Of a stretch of DNA of 64,000 bases, positions 39,624 through 49,182 are shown in pieces (the stretch's first letter is position 1; the number at the start of each line of letters is the position of its first letter). The notes beneath the pieces are model-generated. The model was not told the DNA's origin. It worked only from the letters and a program-made list of their open reading frames with translations, and searched no databases. A program made the translations under genes and the position numbers. Source of the stretch: an uncultured Bacteriovoracaceae bacterium (GTDB taxonomy: Bacteria > Bdellovibrionota > Bacteriovoracia > Bacteriovoracales > Bacteriovoracaceae); the NCBI GenBank assembly GCA_964012805.1, contig CAXGUD010000007.1:68987-132986 (forward strand), given 5' to 3'.

Positions 39624-40528
39624 TTCAGGGAAGCTTTCAGCTTCAAGATAATTTCCCTAGCAATATTAATTTTCGAGAATTTTTCGAACTGCTCAAAACC
39701 TGGAGAACAATTCATTTCTATAATGAGAGGCCCTTCTGAGGTCATTAAAAAATCTAACCCAAGGTAAAATGCTCCGGAGTTTTCAAACGTTTTGTGGGAG
39801 AATTCTAAGATTTCTTTGGGAAGGTTTTTTGAGGTAATATATTTAGGAGATGAAACTAATCTTTCACTATTCTTTCTAAAATCAAAAGGTTGTGGCTGCT
39901 GTTTCAAAACTCCTCCAAGGCATTCACCTCCAAGGAGAAATACTCTAAATTCATCAGCACCATGAATATATGGTTGAAGAACAAAGCGTTGATCTTTTAT
40001 TGCCCAGAAAGTTTCTAAAAAAGAAAAAAGAGAATCTTTTCCTCTTACAATGTTAACACCTAAACCTCGATTACCTCGATTAGTCTTCAAAATAAAAATA
40101 TCGTCCTTTAGGTAAGGATAAAAAACAACATCTACTTCACTTAGAGTCGAGGTGAGAGGAGCTCCCCTAATTGAAAGCGTAGGAATTTGTGGAATTTTTT
40201 TTTCGAAAAAAAATAAGGCTTGTTTTTCTTTATCTCTAAAACTTCTTAGTACTTTAGGGTTATTTTCTATTAGAGCGCCTTTAAGAATTAGATTTTCTGA
40301 AAAAAGTAAATCAAAGTCATCAAAGCTGACACCAGAAGAGCGGTGTAGCCCTATAGTGCCTTCTTTTAAAAGATTTAATGCGCCATGAAACTTTGCTCTG
40401 GATGAGTTAAAGGAGATAGTTTCTTGGAAGGGGTTAAGAGTTTTTGCTTCTAGCTGAAGTAACTCAGCTTCTTGGATCAGCCGTGTCGAAGTACGAGTGT
40501 TTGGGTTCTGAGTAAGAAGAAGGAACAT
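39620..40528 (-). CDS. RimK-family ATP-grasp ligase
   Basis: ILKTNRGNRGLGV, LQPYI, EFRVF, DFRKN, GLDFL, IEMNCSPGF. Confidence 0.85.
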   Translation of the reverse strand: MFLLLTQNPNTRTSTRLIQEAELLQLEAKTLNPFQETISFNSSRAKFHGALNLLKEGTIGLHRSSGVSFDDFDLLFSENLILKGALIENNPKVLRSFRDKEKQALFFFEKKIPQIPTLSIRGAPLTSTLSEVDVVFYPYLKDDIFILKTNRGNRGLGVNIVRGKDSLFSFLETFWAIKDQRFVLQPYIHGADEFRVFLLGGECLGGVLKQQPQPFDFRKNSERLVSSPKYITSKNLPKEILEFSHKTFENSGAFYLGLDFLMTSEGPLIIEMNCSPGFEQFEKFSKINIAREIILKLKASLN

Positions 40529-40657
40529 AATTGAAGCCCATGATTTTTATTATTTGTTCATTAAAATCTTTTCTGAAGACTAGAAAAGAAGTTATACTAT
40601 GCAGCCGGTGGTATATTCAATATTATTGATACTCCAAAAAGGTTTTGTGGAAACAAA

Positions 40658-41776
40658 ATGAAAAAAATTTTAATTCTTATTTATCTGGCTATTTTTCTTT
40701 ATCAAGCAGATTCTTTTGGTGTTATTGATAGGCGCGGTGCAAAGAGTCTTTCTGGGCTTGTTGTAGGCAAAGAGGTAGATTTAAACTCTAATTTGTTTTC
40801 ACTTTCTGAAGAGAGCTTTCCTGAGGTGCAACAATATTTAGATTATATCTTAGATATCAAGGAGTCCTCACTTAAGAAAAAGAAAATACTTCACAAGGTG
40901 CCTTTAAAACCAGAAAAAGAGCCTGTGGTTAAGTTAAAACCGAAAGTGGCTAAATTTTGTAAAAAAGTTAGTAAACGCTTTCTTCACTACGGATGGGGAA
41001 AAAGTAAGTGCAGCCGCTACCCCTGGAACCATGTGAGAAACTCCGTAACTGGAGATCCATTGATTTGGGTGACATACGGTAATGAAGAGTTGCATAGGGA
41101 AAAGCCCAAAAACACTACCTTAATTTTATGTGGAGTTCATGGTGATGAAATAACTCCAGTTAAATTTTGTTATGACATTATGAAGCATGTTAGAACCAAT
41201 CAGCAAGCCTATAAAGAAAAATTGATTGTGATCGCTCCCATAGTTAACCCTGATTCTTTTTTTAGAAGAAGGCCTACAAGAACAAATCATAGAGGGATTG
41301 ATATCAATAGAAACTTTCCAACGAGAGACTGGAGAAGAAATGCTCTCAAAATGTGGAAAAGGCGTTATAGAAAGGATAAAAGAAGGTATCCCGGTAAAAG
41401 ACCCCTAAGTGAGCCAGAGGTTATTTTTCAGGTCAATTTAATAAAAAGATATAAGCCAAATAAAATAATTTCTGTTCATGCACCTCTCACAATAATTGAT
41501 TATGATGGGCCTACTAAAAAGGGAAAAAACTTCAAAAAAGCCTCCCAGCTTTTGGTCCAAATGAGTCGAAAAGCTAGTGGCTATAGGATTAAGAACTACC
41601 CCTTTTTTCCAGGAAGCCTTGGAAATTGGGCCGGTAATGAGAGAGGAATTCCTACCTATACTCTAGAGCTTCCCAGCTCAGATAATAGAAAGCACAAGGA
41701 GTATTGGAGGCTTTTTAAAAGTGCAATTCACGCAGCTCTTCTTAAAGACTTTAGGGTTGATCAGGAAAGTTTATAA
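40658..41776 (+). CDS. M14 zinc carboxypeptidase, MpaA-like, exported
   Basis: Signal peptide; GVHGDE (HXXE), NPD, RTNHRGIDINRNFP, SEPE, SVHAPL, PGSLG, TLELP. Confidence 0.85.
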   Translation: MKKILILIYLAIFLYQADSFGVIDRRGAKSLSGLVVGKEVDLNSNLFSLSEESFPEVQQYLDYILDIKESSLKKKKILHKVPLKPEKEPVVKLKPKVAKFCKKVSKRFLHYGWGKSKCSRYPWNHVRNSVTGDPLIWVTYGNEELHREKPKNTTLILCGVHGDEITPVKFCYDIMKHVRTNQQAYKEKLIVIAPIVNPDSFFRRRPTRTNHRGIDINRNFPTRDWRRNALKMWKRRYRKDKRRYPGKRPLSEPEVIFQVNLIKRYKPNKIISVHAPLTIIDYDGPTKKGKNFKKASQLLVQMSRKASGYRIKNYPFFPGSLGNWAGNERGIPTYTLELPSSDNRKHKEYWRLFKSAIHAALLKDFRVDQESL

Positions 41777-41870
41777 TAATAATTTGGATTGAGTTAAACA
41801 AAAAAAGTTTCTGTTTTAATTCTGTAAACTTCTGAATTCACGACTATTTTGGTTTTTTTGAACTAAACGC

Positions 41871-41897
41871 TCACTTTTACGAGAATTCTACCGAAAT
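41871..41897 (+). promoter_or_regulatory. Weak sigma28-like promoter
   Basis: TCAC-N15-ACCGAAAT ~40 nt upstream of the PilZ-GAF-AAA+ gene. Confidence 0.35.
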
Positions 41898-41936
41898 GCA
41901 ACTTGTAAGGTCAAGTAATGTGAGGGTGGCACAAGA

Positions 41937-43907
41937 GTGAATAGTTTTTCTGAGTTTAAGTTTTACCAAGCTTTTAGAGTCCCAGTTGAAAAGGCCGATG
42001 GGTTGAGATTTATTGTTGATATTGAGGATGATTTGGGTAAGACCAAAACAATTGAAGATGGCTCTCTTGTGGATGTTAGTATTGGAGGCTTAGGCTTTTC
42101 TACTGAATCAAGGCTTCTTGTTGGTACCGAACTTAGAATTTCAATGCAATTTAAAAAACTTTACTTGGATTTGACAGGAAGAATCGTTAGAGCATTTAGT
42201 AATACACTTGCCGTAAATGAAGTAGTTTATGGTGTTGAGTTAGATGAAGACCAAAAAATAGGTCGATTCTTAGAACAGTATGTTTCCAGCTTTTCTTCAG
42301 AGAGATTGCGAGAGTGCTTGATCGATTCTCTTTTAAAAAAGCCGTATACATCGATTTCTGAAGGATTTGAAACTTTTTCTCTACTTCTATCCCTTTTTAA
42401 AGATATTTCACGTTTTGGAAATAATAGAGAGTTTATTGAAAGTATTGTTGAAGAAGTTGTGAGAGTTATGGATGCGACCAGAGCATCTATTTTTTTAATA
42501 AATACAGAAACAAATGAGCTAGAGGCATTTTCGGCAGTTGGTGTTGAAGCGAAGGTATTAAAGTTTGATTACCGTTTGGGGATTGCTGGCTCTGTTTTTA
42601 CAACTGGCGTGTCTTTGAATATTAATACTACTCAAGACAAATCAAGGTTTAATGAAAAATTTGATGAAATAACAGGTTTTCAAACAAGGTCAATCATTTG
42701 CCATCCTATTCATAATAGGGAAGACAAAATTATAGGTGTTATTGAGGTTCTAAATAAAAGGAATAGTGATAGATTTAGTGTGGAAGATGAAAAAATTATG
42801 AAGGTTTTAACGTTAGTTTTTTCTTCTGTATTCCATGACTATAATCCAATGTCAGACAATTCACAAATCAGAAGGTTTAGCTCTCCATTTGACCGTGAGT
42901 ATGCGATGGTTGGAGATACTACACAGATTAATTCCCTTAGAAAAACTATCGGTAAGTTAAAAGATTTAGAGTCTCCTGTTTTAATTTCAGGAGAGAGGGG
43001 TGTAGGAAAAACTCTTTATTGCCAGATTCTACACACAGAAGGTTCTCGCGGTTTAAAACATGTGGAAATTATAGATTGTGCTAAGGAGGATCCAGAGGTT
43101 TTACAGGACCAACTTTTGGGAAAAAACCTTAGACACAATAGGCTCTTTAATTGTCAGGGCGGAACGCTTATTTTAAAAGAGGTTTCAGCAATACCACTAG
43201 ACCTTCAAAGAAGCTTTTTTCAGGTTTTAAAGGATAGACTTGTCCCTCAATTTAAACTAACGCTTGATGTTAGGGTGCTGGCGACAACAACTAAAGAGTT
43301 GGGTCACTTGGTAGAACAGAGGCTCTTTGATAAGGAATTTTATCATTTTCTTTCAAAGGCTTATATATCGATAGCACCTCTAAGAAGAAGGTGTGAAGAT
43401 ATTATTCCTTTAAGCGAATTTTTTATGAGGAAAGAGTGCAAAAGACAAGGCCTCCTTTTAAAATCATTTTCTAAAAAGGCACTCGAAAAGCTCGTAGATT
43501 ATGAGTGGCCTGCAAATATAAATGAATTAAGAACTTGTGTTGAAAGAGCTGTTTTATATAACCCCAAGTCTCATATTATAACTGAAGAAGACATGGGAAG
43601 TTTATCAGCACCTTTGTATGATGATTCTTCAAGAGGGCGTGTTTTCGGAGAACTGCCTTTTGTTGGTGATCCCCATATATTACTTAAAGACAGAATCGCT
43701 ATTGTTGAAAGAGAAATGATTCTCATGGAAATAAAAAGAAATAATGACAATAAATCTAAAGCCGCGAAGGAAATGGGTATTAGTAGAGAAGCTCTTAGAA
43801 AAAAACTTATCATTAGTAGCCAGGTCTTAGATGACTTGGAGGAGAAACAGAGGAAATCGGAGCAAATTAAAAAGAATTATTCTAATGGCAAGAAAACTGC
43901 TGCTTGA
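41937..43907 (+). CDS. PilZ-GAF-AAA+-HTH regulator (degenerate sigma54 activator type)
   Basis: PilZ DVSIGG; GAF with GIAGSV, SIICHPI, GVIEVLNK and FSVEDE; Walker A GERGVGKT; Fis-type HTH NKSKAAKEMGISREALRKKL. Confidence 0.85.
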   Translation: MNSFSEFKFYQAFRVPVEKADGLRFIVDIEDDLGKTKTIEDGSLVDVSIGGLGFSTESRLLVGTELRISMQFKKLYLDLTGRIVRAFSNTLAVNEVVYGVELDEDQKIGRFLEQYVSSFSSERLRECLIDSLLKKPYTSISEGFETFSLLLSLFKDISRFGNNREFIESIVEEVVRVMDATRASIFLINTETNELEAFSAVGVEAKVLKFDYRLGIAGSVFTTGVSLNINTTQDKSRFNEKFDEITGFQTRSIICHPIHNREDKIIGVIEVLNKRNSDRFSVEDEKIMKVLTLVFSSVFHDYNPMSDNSQIRRFSSPFDREYAMVGDTTQINSLRKTIGKLKDLESPVLISGERGVGKTLYCQILHTEGSRGLKHVEIIDCAKEDPEVLQDQLLGKNLRHNRLFNCQGGTLILKEVSAIPLDLQRSFFQVLKDRLVPQFKLTLDVRVLATTTKELGHLVEQRLFDKEFYHFLSKAYISIAPLRRRCEDIIPLSEFFMRKECKRQGLLLKSFSKKALEKLVDYEWPANINELRTCVERAVLYNPKSHIITEEDMGSLSAPLYDDSSRGRVFGELPFVGDPHILLKDRIAIVEREMILMEIKRNNDNKSKAAKEMGISREALRKKLIISSQVLDDLEEKQRKSEQIKKNYSNGKKTAA

Positions 43908-44100
43908 GGTTATTTCAACGTAATTTTCCAAATTTTAATCTAACCGGGTCATATTTTTAACCTTATAAAAAAAGATGAGGATTAATTAGCTTTTGCAGTT
44001 TTGCTCGTCTTTTGAGCCCCTATAGAAGCACATTTTACTTGTTTTTGTATTACCTGACAGAATATATTGAATAGGAACTATACTTAAAAGGGGTTTTGCT

Positions 44101-45468
44101 TTGCATGATAGGATTTTTGGAACTGATGGAATAAGGGGAAGGGCCAATATTTACCCTATGACTTGCGAGGTTGCGACAGCATTGGGTAGAGCCGTAACGC
44201 ACTACTTTCAAACGAAGGGTGATAAGGTTAAGCCTCCGGTTATTGTTGTCGGTAAGGATACGAGGCTTAGTTGCTACATGTTGGAACAGGCTTTCGGAGC
44301 AGGGGTTTGTTCTCAAGGTGGCAAGGTCATTTTTACGGGGCCTTTGCCCACCCCAGGAGTCGCTTTTGTGACGACTTCTATGAGGGCCGATGCTGGGATT
44401 ATGATTTCAGCTTCACATAATTCATTCACAGATAATGGGATAAAGATTTTTGATAGCAAAGGTCATAAGCTTCCAGATTCCGTCGAAGTGGAATTAGAGG
44501 ACCTTGTAAAAAACCCAAAAAATATGCCAATTATGGAGGGTTCAAGTCTAGGTAATGCAAAGAGGTTAGATGAAGTTTTTGGCCGTTATGTTGTTTATGC
44601 AAAGTCATCTTTGTCAAAGCGTTATGATTTAGAAGGAATGAGAATTGTTTTGGATTGTGCTAATGGTGCGGCTTATAAAGTTGGACCGATGATTTTGAGA
44701 GAGCTTGGAGCTGAAGTGTTTCCTATTGGGGTTGAACCTAATGGTCAAAATATTAATTTAAACTGTGGTTCTCTGCATCCTGAAAAAACCAGGGATGCTG
44801 TAAAAGAATACAGGGCAGATCTCGGAATCTGTTTGGATGGAGATGCGGACAGGTTTGTTATTGTAGATAGTTTGGGAGATGTTCTTCATGGGGACCAACT
44901 TATAGGTGTCTTGGCCAAATTTCTATTAGATACAGGGGTTTTAAAAAAGGGTGATGAAGTTATTGGAACGATAATGAGTAATGTGGGACTTGAATATTAT
45001 GTTAAGTCTTTGGGTCTAAAGTTTCATAGAACTAAAGTAGGTGACCGCTATATTATTGAATATATGAAGCAATCTGGAGCTCTTTTTGGTGGAGAACCTT
45101 CTGGACATGTCATTTTTAAAAACTTTTCAACGACTGGAGACGGAATTTTAGGTGCTTTAAAGTTTATTGAATGTTTAAAGTTTTATAATATTCCACTCAA
45201 GGAACTTATTTCTAAGGTTTCTTTGTACCCACAAGTTATGAAAAGTGCTCCTGTTGCTCAAAAAAAACCTCTTGATGAAATTGAGAAAATTCAGGAAAAG
45301 TTAAAGGAAGTGAAACAAAAGCTTGGTGGGAAAGGGAGAGTCGTTCTTCGTTACTCGGGAACAGAGAATTTGGTTAGGGTCATGGTAGAGGGTGAGAATG
45401 AGTATAATGTTGGGAAACTCTGTGGAGAGTTAGTTTTTACCGTTCAACAGGAACTTGCTACAGTTTAA
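44101..45468 (+). CDS. glmM: Phosphoglucosamine mutase
   Basis: FGTDGIRG, GKDTRLS, ISASHN, DGDADR, GGEPSGH, RYSGTE. Confidence 0.96.
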   Translation: MHDRIFGTDGIRGRANIYPMTCEVATALGRAVTHYFQTKGDKVKPPVIVVGKDTRLSCYMLEQAFGAGVCSQGGKVIFTGPLPTPGVAFVTTSMRADAGIMISASHNSFTDNGIKIFDSKGHKLPDSVEVELEDLVKNPKNMPIMEGSSLGNAKRLDEVFGRYVVYAKSSLSKRYDLEGMRIVLDCANGAAYKVGPMILRELGAEVFPIGVEPNGQNINLNCGSLHPEKTRDAVKEYRADLGICLDGDADRFVIVDSLGDVLHGDQLIGVLAKFLLDTGVLKKGDEVIGTIMSNVGLEYYVKSLGLKFHRTKVGDRYIIEYMKQSGALFGGEPSGHVIFKNFSTTGDGILGALKFIECLKFYNIPLKELISKVSLYPQVMKSAPVAQKKPLDEIEKIQEKLKEVKQKLGGKGRVVLRYSGTENLVRVMVEGENEYNVGKLCGELVFTVQQELATV

Positions 45469-45509
45469 TCTTCAAAGTTTTTCATAGTTTTAAATATTAA
45501 GGGGTTTCG

Positions 45510-46274
45510 ATGAGCGCTCGTTTAGGTGTTAATATTGATCATGTTGCAACGTTGAGAGAAGCAAGAGGAGAATCATATCCTTCTTTAGAGAACGCTGCAG
45601 AAATTTGTTTAAATTCAGGTGCAGACCAAATAACAATACATTTACGTGAGGACCGAAGGCACATTCAAGATAAGGACGTCCCTATTATTCGTCGAGTTAC
45701 GAAAGAAAAGGGAAAGTTGATGAATTTAGAAATGGGCTGCGATCCTGGCATCATTGAAGTGGCTTTGATGCATAAACCTGATTGGGTTTGTCTTGTTCCT
45801 GAAAAAAGGGAAGAACAGACTACTGAGGGAGGACTTAACTTAATTGATGCCTCTCATTTCCAGAAAATAAAGGAATCTTGTATAAGGTTAAAGGATTCAA
45901 TTCCAAACTTAAAAATTTCTCTTTTTGTTGAAAGCGACTTACCAACATTAGAGAAGGTTTGTGAGTTAGGAGTAGGTTTAGTGGATGCAGTTGAAATTCA
46001 CACCGGAGATTATGCCATCCAGTATATTGCTCAAAATAATGTTGATAGTTTTTTGAAAGAGTTTGAAAGGGCGAAGAAGTTTGTTGAAGAAAGAGGGATT
46101 GCTTGTCATGCAGGTCATGGTTTAACAAACGAGAGCGTGGCGCCCCTCATAAAGAAAGGACTTTTTGAAGAATATAATATTGGCCATTGGATAATTTCTG
46201 AATCAGTATTTTTGGGCTTAGAAAAAGTAGTAAGGAATTTGAAAGAACTTTTCGAGGGGAATGAGCGTTTATGA
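45510..46274 (+). CDS. pdxJ: Pyridoxine 5'-phosphate synthase
   Basis: LGVNIDHVATLR, HLREDRRHIQ, LVPEKREEQTTEGGL, HAGHGL, NIGH. Confidence 0.96.
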   Translation: MSARLGVNIDHVATLREARGESYPSLENAAEICLNSGADQITIHLREDRRHIQDKDVPIIRRVTKEKGKLMNLEMGCDPGIIEVALMHKPDWVCLVPEKREEQTTEGGLNLIDASHFQKIKESCIRLKDSIPNLKISLFVESDLPTLEKVCELGVGLVDAVEIHTGDYAIQYIAQNNVDSFLKEFERAKKFVEERGIACHAGHGLTNESVAPLIKKGLFEEYNIGHWIISESVFLGLEKVVRNLKELFEGNERL

Positions 46275-47890
46275 AGGTTGTTGATACTGAGGAAATGAAG
46301 AGTATTGAAAGAAAGTCGCTAGAGGAATATGGCTTTTCGGAGCAATTAATTATTGAGAATGTGGGATTACGTGGAGCTGATTACCTTGACAAAAATGTAA
46401 TCGGTAACTCGCCTTTTGGTGAAATCGTTTTTCTAGTCGGTAAGGGAAATAATGGAGCCGATGGACTTTCTGTTGCTCGGTATTTAAAAAATAAGGGGTA
46501 TTCAACGAGAGCATTTCTTCTTTTTTCGGAAGACTCTTTAGGTGAAAATACAAAAAAGCAGCTAAGTATGGCACATGCTTATGGCGTAAAAATTTCTGAA
46601 CTAAAAAATATAGAGCAGATAACTTCTTACTTTACTCAGACACAAGACCGTTATCTTGTTGTTGATGCGATATTGGGGACAGGTTTTCGTTTTCCACTTT
46701 CTAGTTTTCTTTTCGAAGTTATTACTACCGTCAATACATATGCAAGTTTAACTGTTTCTTTGGATATTCCTTCTGGTGTAGTAGGTGACACTGGGAAAAT
46801 TTCTAGCTCGGCCATTAGGGCCGATTATACTTTGGCAATTGGCCTTCCAAAGCTTGGCCACATTATGGGAAGTGGTTCAGAGGTTTGTGGAAAGATAAAA
46901 GTTATTGATGTTGGTTTACCAAAAATTCTTCTTGAGGAAGGAGATATATCTCTCATTACAAAAAAGAACGTCTCTTCGGTGCTTTCCACAAGGAGTCACT
47001 TTGCTCATAAAAATACTTTTGGTCATTCGTTAGTTTTAGGTGGAAGTCATGGTCTTTGTGGGGCCCTTTCTTTGTCGTGTGAAGCAGCTTTGAAATCAGG
47101 CTCTGGTCTAGTTTCTGCTGCAACTTGGGAACAAAATTACCCAGAATTTCTTTCTAGGCTCAATGCAAATGAAGTTATGACAGGAGTTATTCCAAGCGGC
47201 GGTGATCCCAAGGGGGTTGAAAGTATCCTTAGAGATTTGATGAAATATCAATCCATTGTTATAGGACCAGGTTTAGGTCAAACAGAAATAGCAAGAGAGG
47301 TTGCTCTCGAGGTTTTAAATTCTTATCCTGGTCCAGTTGTGGTCGATGCAGATGCAATTAAAGTACTCTCTGCGAAAAAAGATTTAGATGTTTTTTATAA
47401 AAGAAAAGGCCCAACAGTCCTTACTCCTCATATGGGAGAGTTTGCTAACTTTGTTGGAGAAAAAAAGAGCTCAGTTTTAGAAAAACCTATCCATTTTTTA
47501 AAGACTTTTGTAGATAGCTTGAATTGCTGCATTATTTTGAAAGGCTATGCGACCTATTTAGGCTTTCCTAATGGAAAAATAGGCGTTAACTATCTCCCAA
47601 ATGCAGGGATGGCTTCAGCCGGCACAGGGGATGTCTTAGCAGGTATCTTGGGGGGGCTATTGGCACAGTTAAAGCCGCAGAATGTAAAAAGTGGGCTTTT
47701 TCTAGATAAAAATAAGATATATGATGCTTTGTGTTTGGGAGTTTTGGTTCATGCCCTGGCGGGAAAAGAAGCATCAAAAAAAATAGGGCCAAGAAGTATG
47801 ACTGCTGGAATGTTATTAGATCATATTTCAAGTGCCTTTTTTGAAATTGAAACAGGTAGGAGTCAATGGAGCAGGGGTTGGATAGAGTGA
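46271..47890 (+). CDS. nnr: Bifunctional NAD(P)HX epimerase/dehydratase
   Basis: GKGNNGADG, VDAILGTG, DIPSG, HKNTFG, IGPGLG, VVDADA, TPHMGE, AGTGDVLAG. Confidence 0.94.
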   Translation: MKVVDTEEMKSIERKSLEEYGFSEQLIIENVGLRGADYLDKNVIGNSPFGEIVFLVGKGNNGADGLSVARYLKNKGYSTRAFLLFSEDSLGENTKKQLSMAHAYGVKISELKNIEQITSYFTQTQDRYLVVDAILGTGFRFPLSSFLFEVITTVNTYASLTVSLDIPSGVVGDTGKISSSAIRADYTLAIGLPKLGHIMGSGSEVCGKIKVIDVGLPKILLEEGDISLITKKNVSSVLSTRSHFAHKNTFGHSLVLGGSHGLCGALSLSCEAALKSGSGLVSAATWEQNYPEFLSRLNANEVMTGVIPSGGDPKGVESILRDLMKYQSIVIGPGLGQTEIAREVALEVLNSYPGPVVVDADAIKVLSAKKDLDVFYKRKGPTVLTPHMGEFANFVGEKKSSVLEKPIHFLKTFVDSLNCCIILKGYATYLGFPNGKIGVNYLPNAGMASAGTGDVLAGILGGLLAQLKPQNVKSGLFLDKNKIYDALCLGVLVHALAGKEASKKIGPRSMTAGMLLDHISSAFFEIETGRSQWSRGWIE

Positions 47891-48360
47891 GTTGGGCCGA
47901 TAAAAAAGAAAGAAAAGTTTGGAAAAAAGTCTCTGAACAAGATTTAGCATCTTTGGCATCGGAGCTAAAGGCCATCCTTGTGAAGCCTACAGTGATTATC
48001 CTTTCGGGTGAAGTTGGGGCCGGTAAAACCACTTTTACAAAAGAGTTTATAGGGAATAGCGGAGATGTTCATAGTCCCTCATACTCGTTGATTAATGAGG
48101 TAGGAAGCTTTGCTCATGCAGACTTTTACCGAATTGAAGACTCTGAAGAACTTATTCATTTAGAAATTTCTCTTTATTTAGAAGGGAAACAATTCTTCAT
48201 AGTTGAATGGGGCCTTCCCTACGCAACCCAACTAAGAAAAGAAATCGATCAGCGGTTTGACTTTTTTGAACTTCATCTTGATATAAGTCATGATGCTGTT
48301 GATCGTACTGAAGATGCGCCAACTAGGAACTTTATTCTTTATGAAATGATCGAGCTCTAG
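47866..48360 (+). CDS. tsaE: tRNA t6A biosynthesis ATPase TsaE
   Basis: LSGEVGAGKTTF, SPSYSL, HADFYR, IVEW; follows nnr. Confidence 0.92.
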   Translation: MEQGLDRVSWADKKERKVWKKVSEQDLASLASELKAILVKPTVIILSGEVGAGKTTFTKEFIGNSGDVHSPSYSLINEVGSFAHADFYRIEDSEELIHLEISLYLEGKQFFIVEWGLPYATQLRKEIDQRFDFFELHLDISHDAVDRTEDAPTRNFILYEMIEL

Positions 48361-48457
48361 AACACTTCTACAAAGGCTTTTTGATCAATTACTTTTAAGA
48401 TGGTAAAAAAGTACACGAGGCACAATAAAAATTCTATTTTTTAATTGGTCTATTGTG

Positions 48458-48487
48458 TTGACGTGACCCTTTTTGTCGAGTGATAAT
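48458..48487 (+). promoter_or_regulatory. Sigma70 promoter of rrf2 with an overlapping IscR-type operator
   Basis: TTGACG-N18-GATAAT with a GAC-N7-GTC core in the spacer. Confidence 0.55.
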
Positions 48488-48606
48488 ATTCTCGTAGCTT
48501 GTTAGCTTTGGCTGGATCAAGACGGATCGGTATATCTCGAGGCTAAATAAAGCATTTTCAAAATATCTTTTTTTGAGAGCTTAATTGGATTTATGGAGGA
48601 AGACCA

Positions 48607-49182
48607 ATGAGACTAACATCTAAAGGACGTTACGCCGTGAGAGCAATGCTGGACCTAACAGCGAGTTCAAATGGCAACCCCGTAAGATTACAGGAAATTT
48701 CGACTAGGCAGAACATCTCTTTGCACTACCTTGAGCAACTTTTTAGAAAACTTAGAAATGGCCAAACAGTCAAATCAGTCAGAGGTCCTGGAGGGGGGTA
48801 TGTTCTTGCAAGACCGCAAGATCAAATCACAATAAAGGATGTCTTGGATTGTGTTGGGGAGAATATCAATCCAGCTAAAGACATTTTGGGTTCTGAATCT
48901 GAAACAGCTAATACTGTTGAGTATCACCTCTCTAAGAATTATTTCCAAAATCTTGGAATAATTATGAGGGAATACCTTCAAACCACCACTTTAGGCGATC
49001 TCATGAGAAAAGCTAATGAGACAAAAGCTTTAATGGAAAAAGAGGGTGTTAAGCTTGACGAAAATAAAGAAATAGGGGAAATAGGTGATATTGATGTCAC
49101 AGCGCCTCAAGCTGATCAAGAAATAGCTCAGAGTCCAGAGGTGCATGCACCTAGGAAGCCTTTTGGAGAAATTAACCAATAG
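48607..49182 (+). CDS. Rrf2-family transcriptional regulator (IscR-like DNA-binding domain, no Cys triad)
   Basis: MRLTSKGRYAVRAMLDL, ISLHYLEQLF, SVRGPGGGY; only one Cys; acidic C-terminal tail. Confidence 0.9.
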   Translation: MRLTSKGRYAVRAMLDLTASSNGNPVRLQEISTRQNISLHYLEQLFRKLRNGQTVKSVRGPGGGYVLARPQDQITIKDVLDCVGENINPAKDILGSESETANTVEYHLSKNYFQNLGIIMREYLQTTTLGDLMRKANETKALMEKEGVKLDENKEIGEIGDIDVTAPQADQEIAQSPEVHAPRKPFGEINQ

